A stretch of 64,000 nucleotides of DNA from Candidatus Daviesbacteria bacterium (lineage in GTDB: Bacteria > Patescibacteriota > Microgenomatia > Daviesbacterales > UBA10151). A program made the position numbers and the translations under genes. The stretch spans positions 2,020 through 66,019 of the forward strand of contig JACPEW010000011.1 in assembly GCA_016183305.1 (NCBI GenBank), written 5' to 3'. The notes under the pieces are model-generated. The model was not told the origin of the DNA. It worked only from the letters and a program-made list of their open reading frames with translations, and ran no database searches. Below, one piece after another: positions 21,845-31,100 of this stretch; the first letter of the stretch is position 1, and each line of letters opens with the position of its first letter.

Positions 21845-23242
21845 ATGGATATTCCAGCAAAGATCTTCAAAAGCTATGATATTAGAGGGATTTATCCCAA
21901 TGAGATAAATAAAGAAATTGTTGTTCCGGTAACAAAAGCAATTTATAAATTCTTGTTAAATAAAACTCCAAAGGACCCTCTTTCTGTAGTAGTGGGGCGG
22001 GATATGAGGCTTTCTTCTCCCGCTATATTTGAAGCCCTTACAACTACATTAGTCAATTTAGGCGCACAAGTTATAGATATAGGACTGGTATCTACCCCAA
22101 CATTTTATTTTGCTGTATTTAACGGCAAATATGATAGCGGAATTCAGATAACTGCTTCTCATAATCCTAAAGAATATAATGGTTTAAAAATTGTTAGATA
22201 TTCTCCTCAGGGATTGATCAAGATAGGTAAAGGCACAGGGATGGAGGAGATTAAAAATATAGTTTTAGAAGGAATGAAAATTGACGGTAAGCCTGGCGGG
22301 ACAATAATTAAAAAAGAAGGAGTAATAATTGAAGAGGTAAAAAATGCCCTAAAAATTGCTGGTCACCCCACTATTAAACCATTAAAAATAGTGGCTGATA
22401 CAGCTAATGCTATGGCAGCACTTTATATTGAAGAATTGTTTAAACATATTCCAGGAGAACTTATTAAAATGAATTTTGAGCTGGATGGAACTTTTCCAGC
22501 TCATCCTGCTGATCCATTGGAGCCAGAGAATGTAGCAGATTTGCAAAAAAGAGTGATTGAAGAGAAGGCTGATTTAGGAATAGCTACTGATGGTGATGGA
22601 GATAGGTTATTTTTTATAAATGAAAAAGGGGAAACAGTTCCTGCCTCGCATATTACCGCCTTAATCGCCAGGGATTTACTTAAGAAACATAAAGGCGAAA
22701 AAGTTATAGCGGATATTAGATATATTTTAACTCCAAAAAAGATAGTTGAAGAACTGGGCGGAACTTTTGTGATAACTAAAGTAGGTCATGCTTTTATTAC
22801 AAAAAAATTGCATGAAACTGGAGCAATATTTGCTGGAGAATCTTCAGCGCATTACTTTTTTAGGGAAACAGGTAACGCAGAATCTCAATTACCCATTATC
22901 TTAATTGTTCTAAAAACACTTAGTGAGGAAGAAAAAACTTTATCTCAAGTGATTGCTGAGATAAAAAGAAGTCATGAGTCTGGAGAAACTAATTTTAGAG
23001 TAAAAAATACACCTGAAGTAATTAATGCGGTAAAGCAGGAATTTTCTGATGGGGAAATTTCTGAATTAGATGGAGTGGCAATAACTTATGATGATTGGAG
23101 ATTGTCTTTAAGGTCTTCTAACACAGAACCATTACTCAGATTAAACATTGAAGCAGAAGTAGATGGTATAGTCAAAGAGAAAAAACAAAAAGTTATAGAA
23201 CTAATTAAGAAACATGCAGTTTTTGAAGACTTGCCAAATTAG
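21845..23242 (+). CDS. phosphomannomutase/phosphoglucomutase
   Basis: FKSYDIRG, TASHNP, DGDGDR, GESSAH, RSSNTEP. Confidence 0.96.
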   Translation: MDIPAKIFKSYDIRGIYPNEINKEIVVPVTKAIYKFLLNKTPKDPLSVVVGRDMRLSSPAIFEALTTTLVNLGAQVIDIGLVSTPTFYFAVFNGKYDSGIQITASHNPKEYNGLKIVRYSPQGLIKIGKGTGMEEIKNIVLEGMKIDGKPGGTIIKKEGVIIEEVKNALKIAGHPTIKPLKIVADTANAMAALYIEELFKHIPGELIKMNFELDGTFPAHPADPLEPENVADLQKRVIEEKADLGIATDGDGDRLFFINEKGETVPASHITALIARDLLKKHKGEKVIADIRYILTPKKIVEELGGTFVITKVGHAFITKKLHETGAIFAGESSAHYFFRETGNAESQLPIILIVLKTLSEEEKTLSQVIAEIKRSHESGETNFRVKNTPEVINAVKQEFSDGEISELDGVAITYDDWRLSLRSSNTEPLLRLNIEAEVDGIVKEKKQKVIELIKKHAVFEDLPN

Positions 23243-23263
23243 ATAGTTTATGGTTAAATAAAT

Positions 23264-23394
23264 ATACATCAAGAGAACGCGTATCATACAGTACACGTCG
23301 GCAACCGTAAAGTTACGGTGCCAGATCCTAAGAGGAAGATGTGGCCGCGACATATGTCGGACAAACTATTAGCCTCTCTTGATGAGAGGTTTTT
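23264..23394 (+). promoter_or_regulatory. SAM riboswitch (SAM-I or SAM-I/IV clan) with terminator
   Basis: CATCAAGAG...GGCAACC..GGTGCCA...GAAGATG core; terminator GCCTCTCTTGATGAGAGGT-TTTT contains the complement of CATCAAGAG; directly upstream of metK. Confidence 0.88.
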
Positions 23395-23396
23395 GA

Positions 23397-24512
23397 ATGG
23401 CAAAAAATAACGGTGTAACAACATTTACTTCTGAATCAGTCTGCGCCGGTCATCCGGATAAAATATGTGATGCAATATCTGATGCAATCGTTGATGCAGT
23501 TTTAACGCAAGATAGATTTGGCCATGTAGCCTGTGAGGTCTTGGCAGGATTTAATAGAGTAGTAATTTCCGGAGAAATTACGGCTAATGCTAGAGTAAAT
23601 TACGCGGATGTTGCTAGGCAACAAATAAAGAAATTGGGATATACAGATCCTAACTACAATTTTTCTGATAAATCTCCTGTCGAAGTCCATATTCATGAAC
23701 AATCCCCTGAAATTGGTGTAGGGGTTGATAAAAAAGGGGCAGGTGACCAGGGGATGATGTTTGGATATGCTTGCACAGAAACAACCTGCTTGATGCCGTT
23801 GCCTATTGCCATCGCTCATGCTCTAACCAAAAGAATGGATCAAGCCAGGGAAGAAAAAATAGTAAAATATTTAAGACCAGACGGAAAATCCCAAGTAACA
23901 ATTGAATATAGAGACGGAAAGCCTTATAAAGTAATTCAAGTTGTTATTGCTATTCCACACGAGGAATCTGTTAACTTAAATAAGGTTAAAGATGATATAT
24001 ACGAGTCAGTTGTTATACCTGTTTTAGATGTTTATGGATTTAAAATTAAGAAAGATCAGTTAATTGTCAATGGAACAGGGGTTTGGCATCATGGTGGTCC
24101 TGCTTCTGATTGTGGTTTAACAGGCAGAAAAATAGTGGTTGATGGATATGGTGGTTATGCCAGAGTTGGTGGAGGAGCATTTTCTGGAAAAGACCCAACA
24201 AAAGTAGATAGATCAGGAGCATATGCAGCAAGATTCCTGGCCAAAAATATTGTAGCTGCTAAATTAGCAGACAGGGCAGAAGTGAGACTGGCTTACTTTA
24301 TTGGAGCAAAAAAACCAACCATGCAGGATGTAGAAACCTTTGGGACCAACAAAAAATCTCATAAAGTAATACTTTCCTTCATGGAGAAGATCTTAGATAC
24401 CTCAGTGTCAGGAATATTAAAAGGTTTAGATTTACAAAGACCAATTTATTTACCAACAGCAGCTTATGGTCATTTTGGCAGAGAAGAATTCCCCTGGGAA
24501 AAAATAGTTTAG
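23397..24512 (+). CDS. metK: S-adenosylmethionine synthetase
   Basis: FTSESV..GHPDKICD, GAGDQG, GGGAFSGKDPTKVDRS. Confidence 0.99.
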   Translation: MAKNNGVTTFTSESVCAGHPDKICDAISDAIVDAVLTQDRFGHVACEVLAGFNRVVISGEITANARVNYADVARQQIKKLGYTDPNYNFSDKSPVEVHIHEQSPEIGVGVDKKGAGDQGMMFGYACTETTCLMPLPIAIAHALTKRMDQAREEKIVKYLRPDGKSQVTIEYRDGKPYKVIQVVIAIPHEESVNLNKVKDDIYESVVIPVLDVYGFKIKKDQLIVNGTGVWHHGGPASDCGLTGRKIVVDGYGGYARVGGGAFSGKDPTKVDRSGAYAARFLAKNIVAAKLADRAEVRLAYFIGAKKPTMQDVETFGTNKKSHKVILSFMEKILDTSVSGILKGLDLQRPIYLPTAAYGHFGREEFPWEKIV

Positions 24513-25297
24513 GAAAACTCCAAAATCATTGGTAAATGATCTGAGATAGGCATATCAGGTACTTGAAACTTCGTTACCTTGATATCAGAAGATACAAAAG
24601 TGTAATCAGCATACTTTTGAAAATTAGGTCCTCCATAAAAAGGGCTTAAATTACTTCTAGTTTTTCTGATATCAAATTCTCTAATTAAATTCCTCATATT
24701 TTTCCCGTAGATTTTAATGCTTTTAGTATCAGGTAATAAATTAAAATCCCCTACTAATAAAATTTTTGCCTCATTTTTTTGATCAATAATTTCTTTAACT
24801 TTCTGAGCTTCTTCTAAACGCTCAGGAGAATCTAGTTTATTGCCAGGCATAGGCCTGCCATGGAAATTAAAAATAACATATTGCTTATTGTTTATTTGAC
24901 AATTTATGAATTGTAAAGGAGTTGGTAAGTTAGAAAAATCTTCCTTTAACTTAGGAAAAGGCTGATCTTGAGAAACAATATAATTTGCTTGATAAGTAAT
25001 TTTTATTGAATTGTTAACCAAGATAGCTGATCCAGTAGTTGAATCAAAATTAATTGGATTTGCTTCATCGTCAAAGCTTTTGATTACAGGAAAATAAAAT
25101 ACTTGGAAATCAGGAAGAATTTGTTTGAACTCTGTTAATAAATTAGCCCTGATATTTCTATATTGTTTTACCTTTGATATAGTATCCTGCATTTCTTGAA
25201 AACAGAAAATATCAGTATTTAAAGATTGTTGTTTAATAAACTCAATAAGAGGTTTAAAGCATTTTCCACCCCAAGTATTAAGCGATATGAGTTTCAT
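24509..25297 (-). CDS. endonuclease/exonuclease/phosphatase family protein
   Basis: MKLISLN, DIFCFQE, GDFN, DYTF, SDH; own ATG at 25297 inside the 641-aa track ORF. Confidence 0.9.
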   Translation of the reverse strand: MKLISLNTWGGKCFKPLIEFIKQQSLNTDIFCFQEMQDTISKVKQYRNIRANLLTEFKQILPDFQVFYFPVIKSFDDEANPINFDSTTGSAILVNNSIKITYQANYIVSQDQPFPKLKEDFSNLPTPLQFINCQINNKQYVIFNFHGRPMPGNKLDSPERLEEAQKVKEIIDQKNEAKILLVGDFNLLPDTKSIKIYGKNMRNLIREFDIRKTRSNLSPFYGGPNFQKYADYTFVSSDIKVTKFQVPDMPISDHLPMILEFS

Positions 25298-25341
25298 AAA
25301 TAGTATTCTAAGGATATGGGTGATAAAATACAACGTGGTTA

Positions 25342-25416
25342 CGGGGATTAGGTCACCGGTAGACCGCTCGAATGGGGTTCGAGAAGCAAAGAGTTCAATT
25401 CTCTTATCCCCGACCA
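25342..25416 (+). tRNA. tRNA-Pro(GGG)
   Basis: Cloverleaf: acceptor CGGGGAT/ATCCCCG+ACCA, D GGTC/GACC, anticodon CTCGA-ATGGGGT-TCGAG, T AAGAG-TTCAATT-CTCTT. Confidence 0.95.
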
Positions 25417-25513
25417 AGAGAGAAAAAGAGTCCGAAAAGGCGGAGGCGCTCCGTGCGTCGCCGCCCGCACGGAGCGCCGAGAAGCCCTTTTTATATTCTG
25501 CCGAGAGCTGCCG
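25411..25513. repeat. 103-bp inverted repeat arm (partner 26960-27062)
   Basis: Reverse-complement identity except 25441/27032; contains a perfect 13-bp hairpin GGCGCTCCGTGCG. Confidence 0.95.
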
Positions 25514-26911
25514 ATTAGATAAAAAGAAGTTCGAGCCGACACGTTTTGCGAAGATTGCTAAATCTTCGCAATTATTTTTTGCGCGCGCGATTTTTTGCGC
25601 CTGTAAGGCGCAATTTACGAATTCTCTCATAGGTTCGAGCCAACTCGAACCAGTCTTTTCAACTTTGGCACTCTCTTCCTGTAATTTCAGTTTTGTTTCA
25701 AACAACTCGTTTTTCTTTTGTTTGTAGGTATCGGGGTCGACAACACTATCGAGAAAACTGTCTAAAAGTGTATTTTGTTTTCGGTCTACATCTTGAATTT
25801 CAGTTTTGAGATTTTGGATTGTTGTTTCTGATGATTGTTTTTCGGCTAACTCATCTCGCTCTAAAAATTTCAGCCAATGGTCAGCCCAGCTTTGAGGCAA
25901 TACCACATCAGAAACGACTTTTCTTATTTGATCTCCCATCTCAAAACCGGTGATTGGCGCTTGAGAACACGGACCAAGTTTCTTGGTGCAACGATAATAA
26001 ACGTAAGTACATTTACGATTTGTTGTTTTGTAAAATTTTGTATGCTGTTCGGCGGTGATCGCTGCCCCACATTCACTGCATCTAGCTAATCCCAAAAACG
26101 GAAAGCGGTATGATTTCTTGAAATGCTTAGTTCGCCTTTCCATTTCCTCTTGTACTTTCTGGAATAATTCTTTGGGAATAAAACACTTGTGATTTCCGTC
26201 ATGATACTCGTCGTTGTAAAACATAATACCGATATAAAACTTGTTTGAAAGTATCTGGCGGATTTCGTTGATATGCAGTGGTCTTCCGTTTTTGCGCTTC
26301 AGATCAAACTTGTAAACATATTTCGCAATATCCGTAAAAGTATGATTTCCTTCAGTAAACATTTCAAAAACTTTCTTTATTGCTTTTGACTTTTCTGGAT
26401 CGACGTCTATGCCTCTGGTTTTAGGATTGTTCACATACCCATAAGGGGCTTTTGCCGGTCAAACTCCGTTTCGTAGTTTTTGGCGCAAACCTCGTTTTAC
26501 GTTTTCGGAAAGATTGTCCACATAATATTTCGATTGGCCGAAGGCAATTGAAAGCATAAATTTACCTTGTGGTGTGTTTTCAAACCAAGAAGTTGGAAAT
26601 TTCAGGTCAAGTAGTTTGCCGGTATCGAGAAGATAAATAATTTTTCCGCCATCCATTGAGTTTCTGGCTAAACGATCGGGGTGCCATGCAACAATCCCGT
26701 TTGCGTGTCCCTTCTCGATTTTCTTCAGGACTTCGGCAAACTGCTCTCTTCCTGGCATTTTGGCGGTTTTTGCTTCCTCGACAAATTCGATAATCTCCAA
26801 ATGTTCTCGTTTGGCAAATTCTTTTAACTCGGCTATCTGGGCTTCGATAGATAAAATTTGCTTGTCTGCTTCGTCCCTCGATTTTCTGCAATACGCGATA
26901 TATTTTGTCAT
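25411..26911 (-). pseudogene. large serine recombinase (resolvase + recombinase + Zn ribbon + coiled coil) with in-frame TGA at 26459-26461
   Basis: YCRKS catalytic motif, DRLARN, GV*PAKAPYGY, N.FYIG, CSECG..YYRC; both track ORFs share one frame. Confidence 0.9.
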
Positions 26912-26959
26912 TTTGTTTTCTTCCTAAAATTTTTGCGTTTTATTTCCTTCTTTTTTTTC

Positions 26960-27131
26960 CGGCAGCTCTCGGCAGAATATAAAAAGGGCTTCTCGGCGCT
27001 CCGTGCGGGCGGCGACGCACGGAGCGCCTCCACCTTTTCGGACTCTTTTTCTCTCTTGGTCGAGATTTACGAAAAAGTTAGAACAGAATTTCGCAATTGT
27101 TAGCTCGGCCGCCTGCGGCGGCCTCGCTTCC
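26960..27131 (+). repeat. inverted internal copy of predicted attP (P arm + core + P' arm)
   Basis: 26960-27062 matches 25411-25513; 27058-27131 matches 28557-28630; one mismatch each. Confidence 0.9.
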
Positions 27132-27358
27132 TAACGTGTCAGCTCGAAAAGGATTTTGAGGCACAAAATCCTCAAAAAAAACGCAAAAATTTTAAAGAAC
27201 TTTTTTAAACTTCAAATGGCCGCCCCAGTTGAACTCAAACCCTTTCGGACTTGTCTGGGACGGCCATTAAAAAGCCGAAAGGGAAGTTTGAGTTCAATTA
27301 CACTATATAAAATTTTCAAAATAAATACAACCATTGACTACTCAAAATTCCGGAAAAA

Positions 27359-27781
27359 ATGTATAATGAAATCAGAACTGTGGAGAAAAATTACTTGAAC
27401 AAGGAAATTTTAATTACTACTGATCCTCAGAAAATTCACTTCATTCTTCGTGCCGCCTACTTAGTAGCAAATCTAATAATAAATCAGGTTTTACGCAGTT
27501 TTACCTTTGCGCTTTCTCTCTTTGGCAAAGTGGAACCGAATATATACATTAATTTCATCATTGGGTTAGTTATAAGTGAGATAAGCTACAGAGTAGCCGT
27601 TAAAATTTACCAAACTAAATTTAACTTACTAAAAAACAAATTAGACAACGAACCTCCAGAAGGTGTTAAAATCATTCGGGGGTATTATGTGTTTCTTATT
27701 AATGCCTCTTTAGCAACGATTTTAAATTTTATTTTTTTCTTAGGCTATTTTATTTTCGTAAAATTAAATAGGGGAATATAA
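27359..27781 (+). CDS. hypothetical membrane protein (island cargo)
   Basis: ~3 hydrophobic segments; start uncertain. Confidence 0.6.
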   Translation: MYNEIRTVEKNYLNKEILITTDPQKIHFILRAAYLVANLIINQVLRSFTFALSLFGKVEPNIYINFIIGLVISEISYRVAVKIYQTKFNLLKNKLDNEPPEGVKIIRGYYVFLINASLATILNFIFFLGYFIFVKLNRGI

Positions 27782-27783
27782 AT

Positions 27784-28509
27784 ATGAAATTAGTTTTTAA
27801 TGTAAATAGTATATTCAGTTATTTAGGCAAAAACAAAAAGGGAAACGCCACGGAACCAAATATCATTAAAGGTTTAGAACAAGTCGTCGGTAGTCTTGAA
27901 GAAATTAAGGATAATAATTTACGAAAAGAGCTAAAAAAGTATATTGAATTTTTTCACCCGGATGTACATGCACATGTATTGCTAGAATTTAACTTCCAAA
28001 ATAAGACATATTACTATTCTCATTTGATTTGGGGTGAGGATTTCTATATTAGCGAGTCTTTCATAGACTGTATTTCTATAAGCGATCAAACTTTTTTGAT
28101 TACAAATTCGTATATGGGTAGACTATTTTTGGAAAACCCTAGAAAAATTGCGGATTATTCATACGATGTACAAGTGTATGTCGAAGCAAAGGAAAACAGT
28201 AATACTATTCCACAAACAGTAGAGACTAAGTTGCAACTGTTTGGAATATATGATCTCGAAAAAGAGAGAAAAAGCGTTGAGGGTAATCTGAATAATTCGG
28301 GTAGTGATCCTTTATCAAAAGTGTCTTCGGCCATCTTTGGTAAAGTTACTAGCGAAACTGATCTTTTGCCTAAAGAGCCTACAATTGTGTTTTATTGGGA
28401 TAAAAACCAGAATAAGAAACTGTTAACTTACCAATTTACATCGAAGAACTTGGAGTATTTTGGGCAAGCCAATATTTTAGGCAATATAATAAAATTGTTT
28501 TCTCAGTAA
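27784..28509 (+). CDS. hypothetical protein (island cargo)
   Basis: 241-aa ORF, GGGGA RBS, coupled to the upstream ORF. Confidence 0.7.
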   Translation: MKLVFNVNSIFSYLGKNKKGNATEPNIIKGLEQVVGSLEEIKDNNLRKELKKYIEFFHPDVHAHVLLEFNFQNKTYYYSHLIWGEDFYISESFIDCISISDQTFLITNSYMGRLFLENPRKIADYSYDVQVYVEAKENSNTIPQTVETKLQLFGIYDLEKERKSVEGNLNNSGSDPLSKVSSAIFGKVTSETDLLPKEPTIVFYWDKNQNKKLLTYQFTSKNLEYFGQANILGNIIKLFSQ

Positions 28510-28556
28510 ATAAGCGATTGCTCCGCAATCGCAAAATCGCGCGCGCAAAAAATAAC

Positions 28557-28728
28557 GGAAGCGAGGCCGCCGCAGGCGGCCGAGCTAACAATTGCGAAAT
28601 TCGGTTCTAACTTTTTCGTAAATCTCGACCTGGAGAGACTTTTGGAATTTTGAGCCTGGATTGCTCTTTGCGGGAGGGGGCGCGCAGAGCTCTGAAAAGC
28701 CCTTTTTGTACGAGACTGCAAGTTGCCG
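28557..28728 (-). repeat. att-like site: diverged recombinase 3'-end arm + core + 74-bp P' arm
   Basis: Encodes RQLAVSYKKGFSEL...QVEIYEKVRTEFRNC*. Confidence 0.88.
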
Positions 28729-29031
28729 GAGTGAAAAAGAGCAAAAAACGGAAGGTCGCGAAAATTTTTTAAAGAACTTTTTTTCAATAGTTTTAAACTT
28801 AAAAGGCGCAACCGGGGAACTCAACTTCAAATCGCTTCTAATTGTCCGGTTGCGCCATTTAAAAGAGCAATCCCATCCAAAGTAATAAATTAGATAAGAG
28901 ATTAGGGTATTCTTTCTTGTCCGTAGGATAATGCACCAATCAATCCTAAAATAACAACAATTATTAATACAATCTTCATATTTTTTACCTCTAGTTGCAG
29001 CACATGATGTTTAGGAAAATCTTGTCAATGG

Positions 29032-30075
29032 TTACCAACTACCACTAGCTCCACCTCCACCTGATCCGCCCCCTCCAAACCCACCACTACTGCCTGAGCC
29101 AAAAAAACCACCCCCAGTAATCCACCAATTTGTTGCTTTACCAGCTTTTTTAAGCTTATTATAATTTCTAGAAAGACGCCAATCTAATAATAACCCCAAA
29201 GCACCAAACACTACTGCACAAATTATACCCGTTTCTATTGATTTAACATAGAATCCCAACATAACTCCTAGAAAAAATCCTACTAAACCACCAAACCAGA
29301 TGTTTTTACTTCTAGCCAAAAACGAAAAAAAATAAATTACCGCTACCAAAACCGCTACCCCAATTACAATGAAAAACCCACCACTGATGAGATAATAACT
29401 TCCGTATAATGCCAGCAATATAAACATTAGTAAGACTGCAAGTATTTTGGATTTTGGTGTAGCTTTTTTAAGTATAGACCTCCATACAAAAACAACAATT
29501 ACAATAAGCGCTCCTATAGAACCCAAACCTCTGAGGATATTATCAACTGCATGATAGGAACTTTGAGAAGAAGATTCTTGAGGATTTCCTATCCGATTTT
29601 GTATGGCGGTAACTCCGTTAGTAATCCCCTGATAATAATTTTCCTTTTTGAATTCTGGTGCTATGATATTCCTAATAATTTCTCCTGCCTGACTATCGGT
29701 GATACTTGACTCTAAACCATAACCTACCTCAATTCTCATCTTCCTGTCATCTATCGCTGCTAAAAATAAGATGCCATTATCTCTTGCCTTTTTACCCATT
29801 TTCCATTCTTCAAAAGTCCTAACAGTAAAATCAGTTATGTCTTGACCATTCAGACTTTGTACAGTAGCAACAGCGATCTCATTTGTGGTTCGTTGCCCGT
29901 AGTCCTTCAATATGTTCTCTAAAGTGTTTTTTTGATCAGAGGTTAAAACACCAGCAAAGTCATTGACATAACCAATAGGGGCAGGGATGTGATTTGCATA
30001 AACACCAGTACCAAAGAAAAATAATAAAACTACAGAGAGAATAACGGTAATGAGGTTACGGATAGCATTTGTCAT
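29032..30075 (-). CDS. TPM-domain (YgcG-like) membrane protein
   Basis: GYVNDFAGVL, DNGILFL, RIEVGYGLE, FGGGGSGGGGASGSW tail. Confidence 0.93.
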   Translation of the reverse strand: MTNAIRNLITVILSVVLLFFFGTGVYANHIPAPIGYVNDFAGVLTSDQKNTLENILKDYGQRTTNEIAVATVQSLNGQDITDFTVRTFEEWKMGKKARDNGILFLAAIDDRKMRIEVGYGLESSITDSQAGEIIRNIIAPEFKKENYYQGITNGVTAIQNRIGNPQESSSQSSYHAVDNILRGLGSIGALIVIVVFVWRSILKKATPKSKILAVLLMFILLALYGSYYLISGGFFIVIGVAVLVAVIYFFSFLARSKNIWFGGLVGFFLGVMLGFYVKSIETGIICAVVFGALGLLLDWRLSRNYNKLKKAGKATNWWITGGGFFGSGSSGGFGGGGSGGGGASGSW

Positions 30076-30078
30076 TCA

Positions 30079-30651
30079 TTATGGAAACTGTACTTTGGGC
30101 ACGTTTTCGCTATCTTGAACAGATTGGAAATAAGTTTTAGTTGAGAAGCCAAAAACCCCAGCAAAAAGTTTACCAGGCAATGTTGTAGCTGAAGTGTTGT
30201 ATTGCTGAACAAGCTCATTATACCTCCGTCTTTCGACGGCTATCCTATTTTCTGTACCAGCTAATTCATCTTGCAGCTTCAAAACAGCTTGATCGCTTTT
30301 TATCTGAGGATAATTTTCAAAAACAGCAAAAAGTCGAGACAATGTGCCTTCCAGTTGGTTAGCTGCTTGTACTTTGGTCTCCGGGGTTTGAGCGCCAGCA
30401 TACTGAATCCTTGCTGCATTCACATCGCCAAATATTTTTTGCTCTTGTTTTTGTAACCCTTTAACTGATTCTACCAAGTTGGGGATTAAATCATATCTTC
30501 TTTGATATTGAACTTCAACTTGTTTCCATTGACCTTCAATAGCATTAGTCTGAATAATAAAGGAATTGTAGTAACCTACAGAAGCAATGATTAAAACAAC
30601 TATAACAGCAACTATTCCAACCACCGTAGTTAACGTAAACGGAAGTTTCAT
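30079..30651 (-). CDS. lemA: LemA family protein
   Basis: QRRYDLIPNLV, ENYPQIK, LAGTENRIAVERRRYN. Confidence 0.95.
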   Translation of the reverse strand: MKLPFTLTTVVGIVAVIVVLIIASVGYYNSFIIQTNAIEGQWKQVEVQYQRRYDLIPNLVESVKGLQKQEQKIFGDVNAARIQYAGAQTPETKVQAANQLEGTLSRLFAVFENYPQIKSDQAVLKLQDELAGTENRIAVERRRYNELVQQYNTSATTLPGKLFAGVFGFSTKTYFQSVQDSENVPKVQFP

Positions 30652-30974
30652 CTGATTTTAGTATGGAGAATAAAAGACCTATTGTCAAGCAGAATTCTCT
30701 CTCCTGGCTAAGCTTAAATATCAATATAGCCAGAATGGTAGAAATTGGCCAATTGTTTCCAACCTCTTTAAATTTTCTGTATAGTACGGGGAGTAATAAG
30801 TTTTTGCGCATAGGTTGGGTGGGGCAAGAAAACATTAAATTGTTTTTGTGTTCCTGTCCCGCAACAGCGGGACTATAAGTAATAAGCAAAGCTTGCCTTT
30901 TGCCTTCGGCAAAACGTAAAAATCGCGCGCATTCTGTCTTTGTCTTTGCAAAAAATACATAGAGCGGGGCCGGA

Positions 30975-31047
30975 GGCCGAGCAGATGGAGTGGCGCGCCT
31001 ACCGGTTCGATTTAAAGCAAGTTCGGATTTTTCGATAAAGGTCGACA
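30975..31047 (-). repeat. attR-like site with orphan recombinase C-terminal tail
   Basis: 31046-30999 encodes VDLYRKIRTCFKSNR*, similar to VEIYEKVRTEFRNC*; shares GGCCGAGC motif with the 28.6 kb arm. Confidence 0.65.
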
Positions 31048-31100
31048 TAATTTTTGGGGACTTGACCTTTGGGAAATATTTGGTAGTATAATTAATAACT

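Larger units (their letters stand above)
25411..31047. mobile_element. tRNA-Pro-integrated serine-recombinase island with repeated att-like sites
   Basis: Recombinase 3' end abuts tRNA 3' end; related CGAC-core sites at ~25412, 27060, 28628, 31044; CpG-rich sequence unlike the host backbone. Confidence 0.8.

Noticed and set aside
24509..26434. 641-aa ORF as a genuine recombinase-EEP fusion protein
   Set aside because: It crosses a tRNA gene antisense, and the EEP part has its own ATG and complete motif set; treated as two genes plus read-through.
26459..26461. Genome-wide stop-codon reassignment (code 4/25)
   Set aside because: Core genes end in TGA and are uninterrupted in code 11; the internal stops seen are of mixed types (TGA, TAA, TAG).
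26858..27398. ORFs 26858-27103 and 27156-27398 (also 28503-28885 and 30545-31048) as genes
   Set aside because: They are translations of att arms and structured repeats, without credible starts.
28902..28979. 25-aa hydrophobic ORF downstream of the TPM gene
   Set aside because: Too short to support; may be a truncated cargo remnant.
25411..31047. CRISPR array, classical integron attC array or IS terminal repeats
   Set aside because: No regularly spaced direct repeats, cas genes, tyrosine integrase or transposase; the repeats derive from the serine recombinase 3' end.
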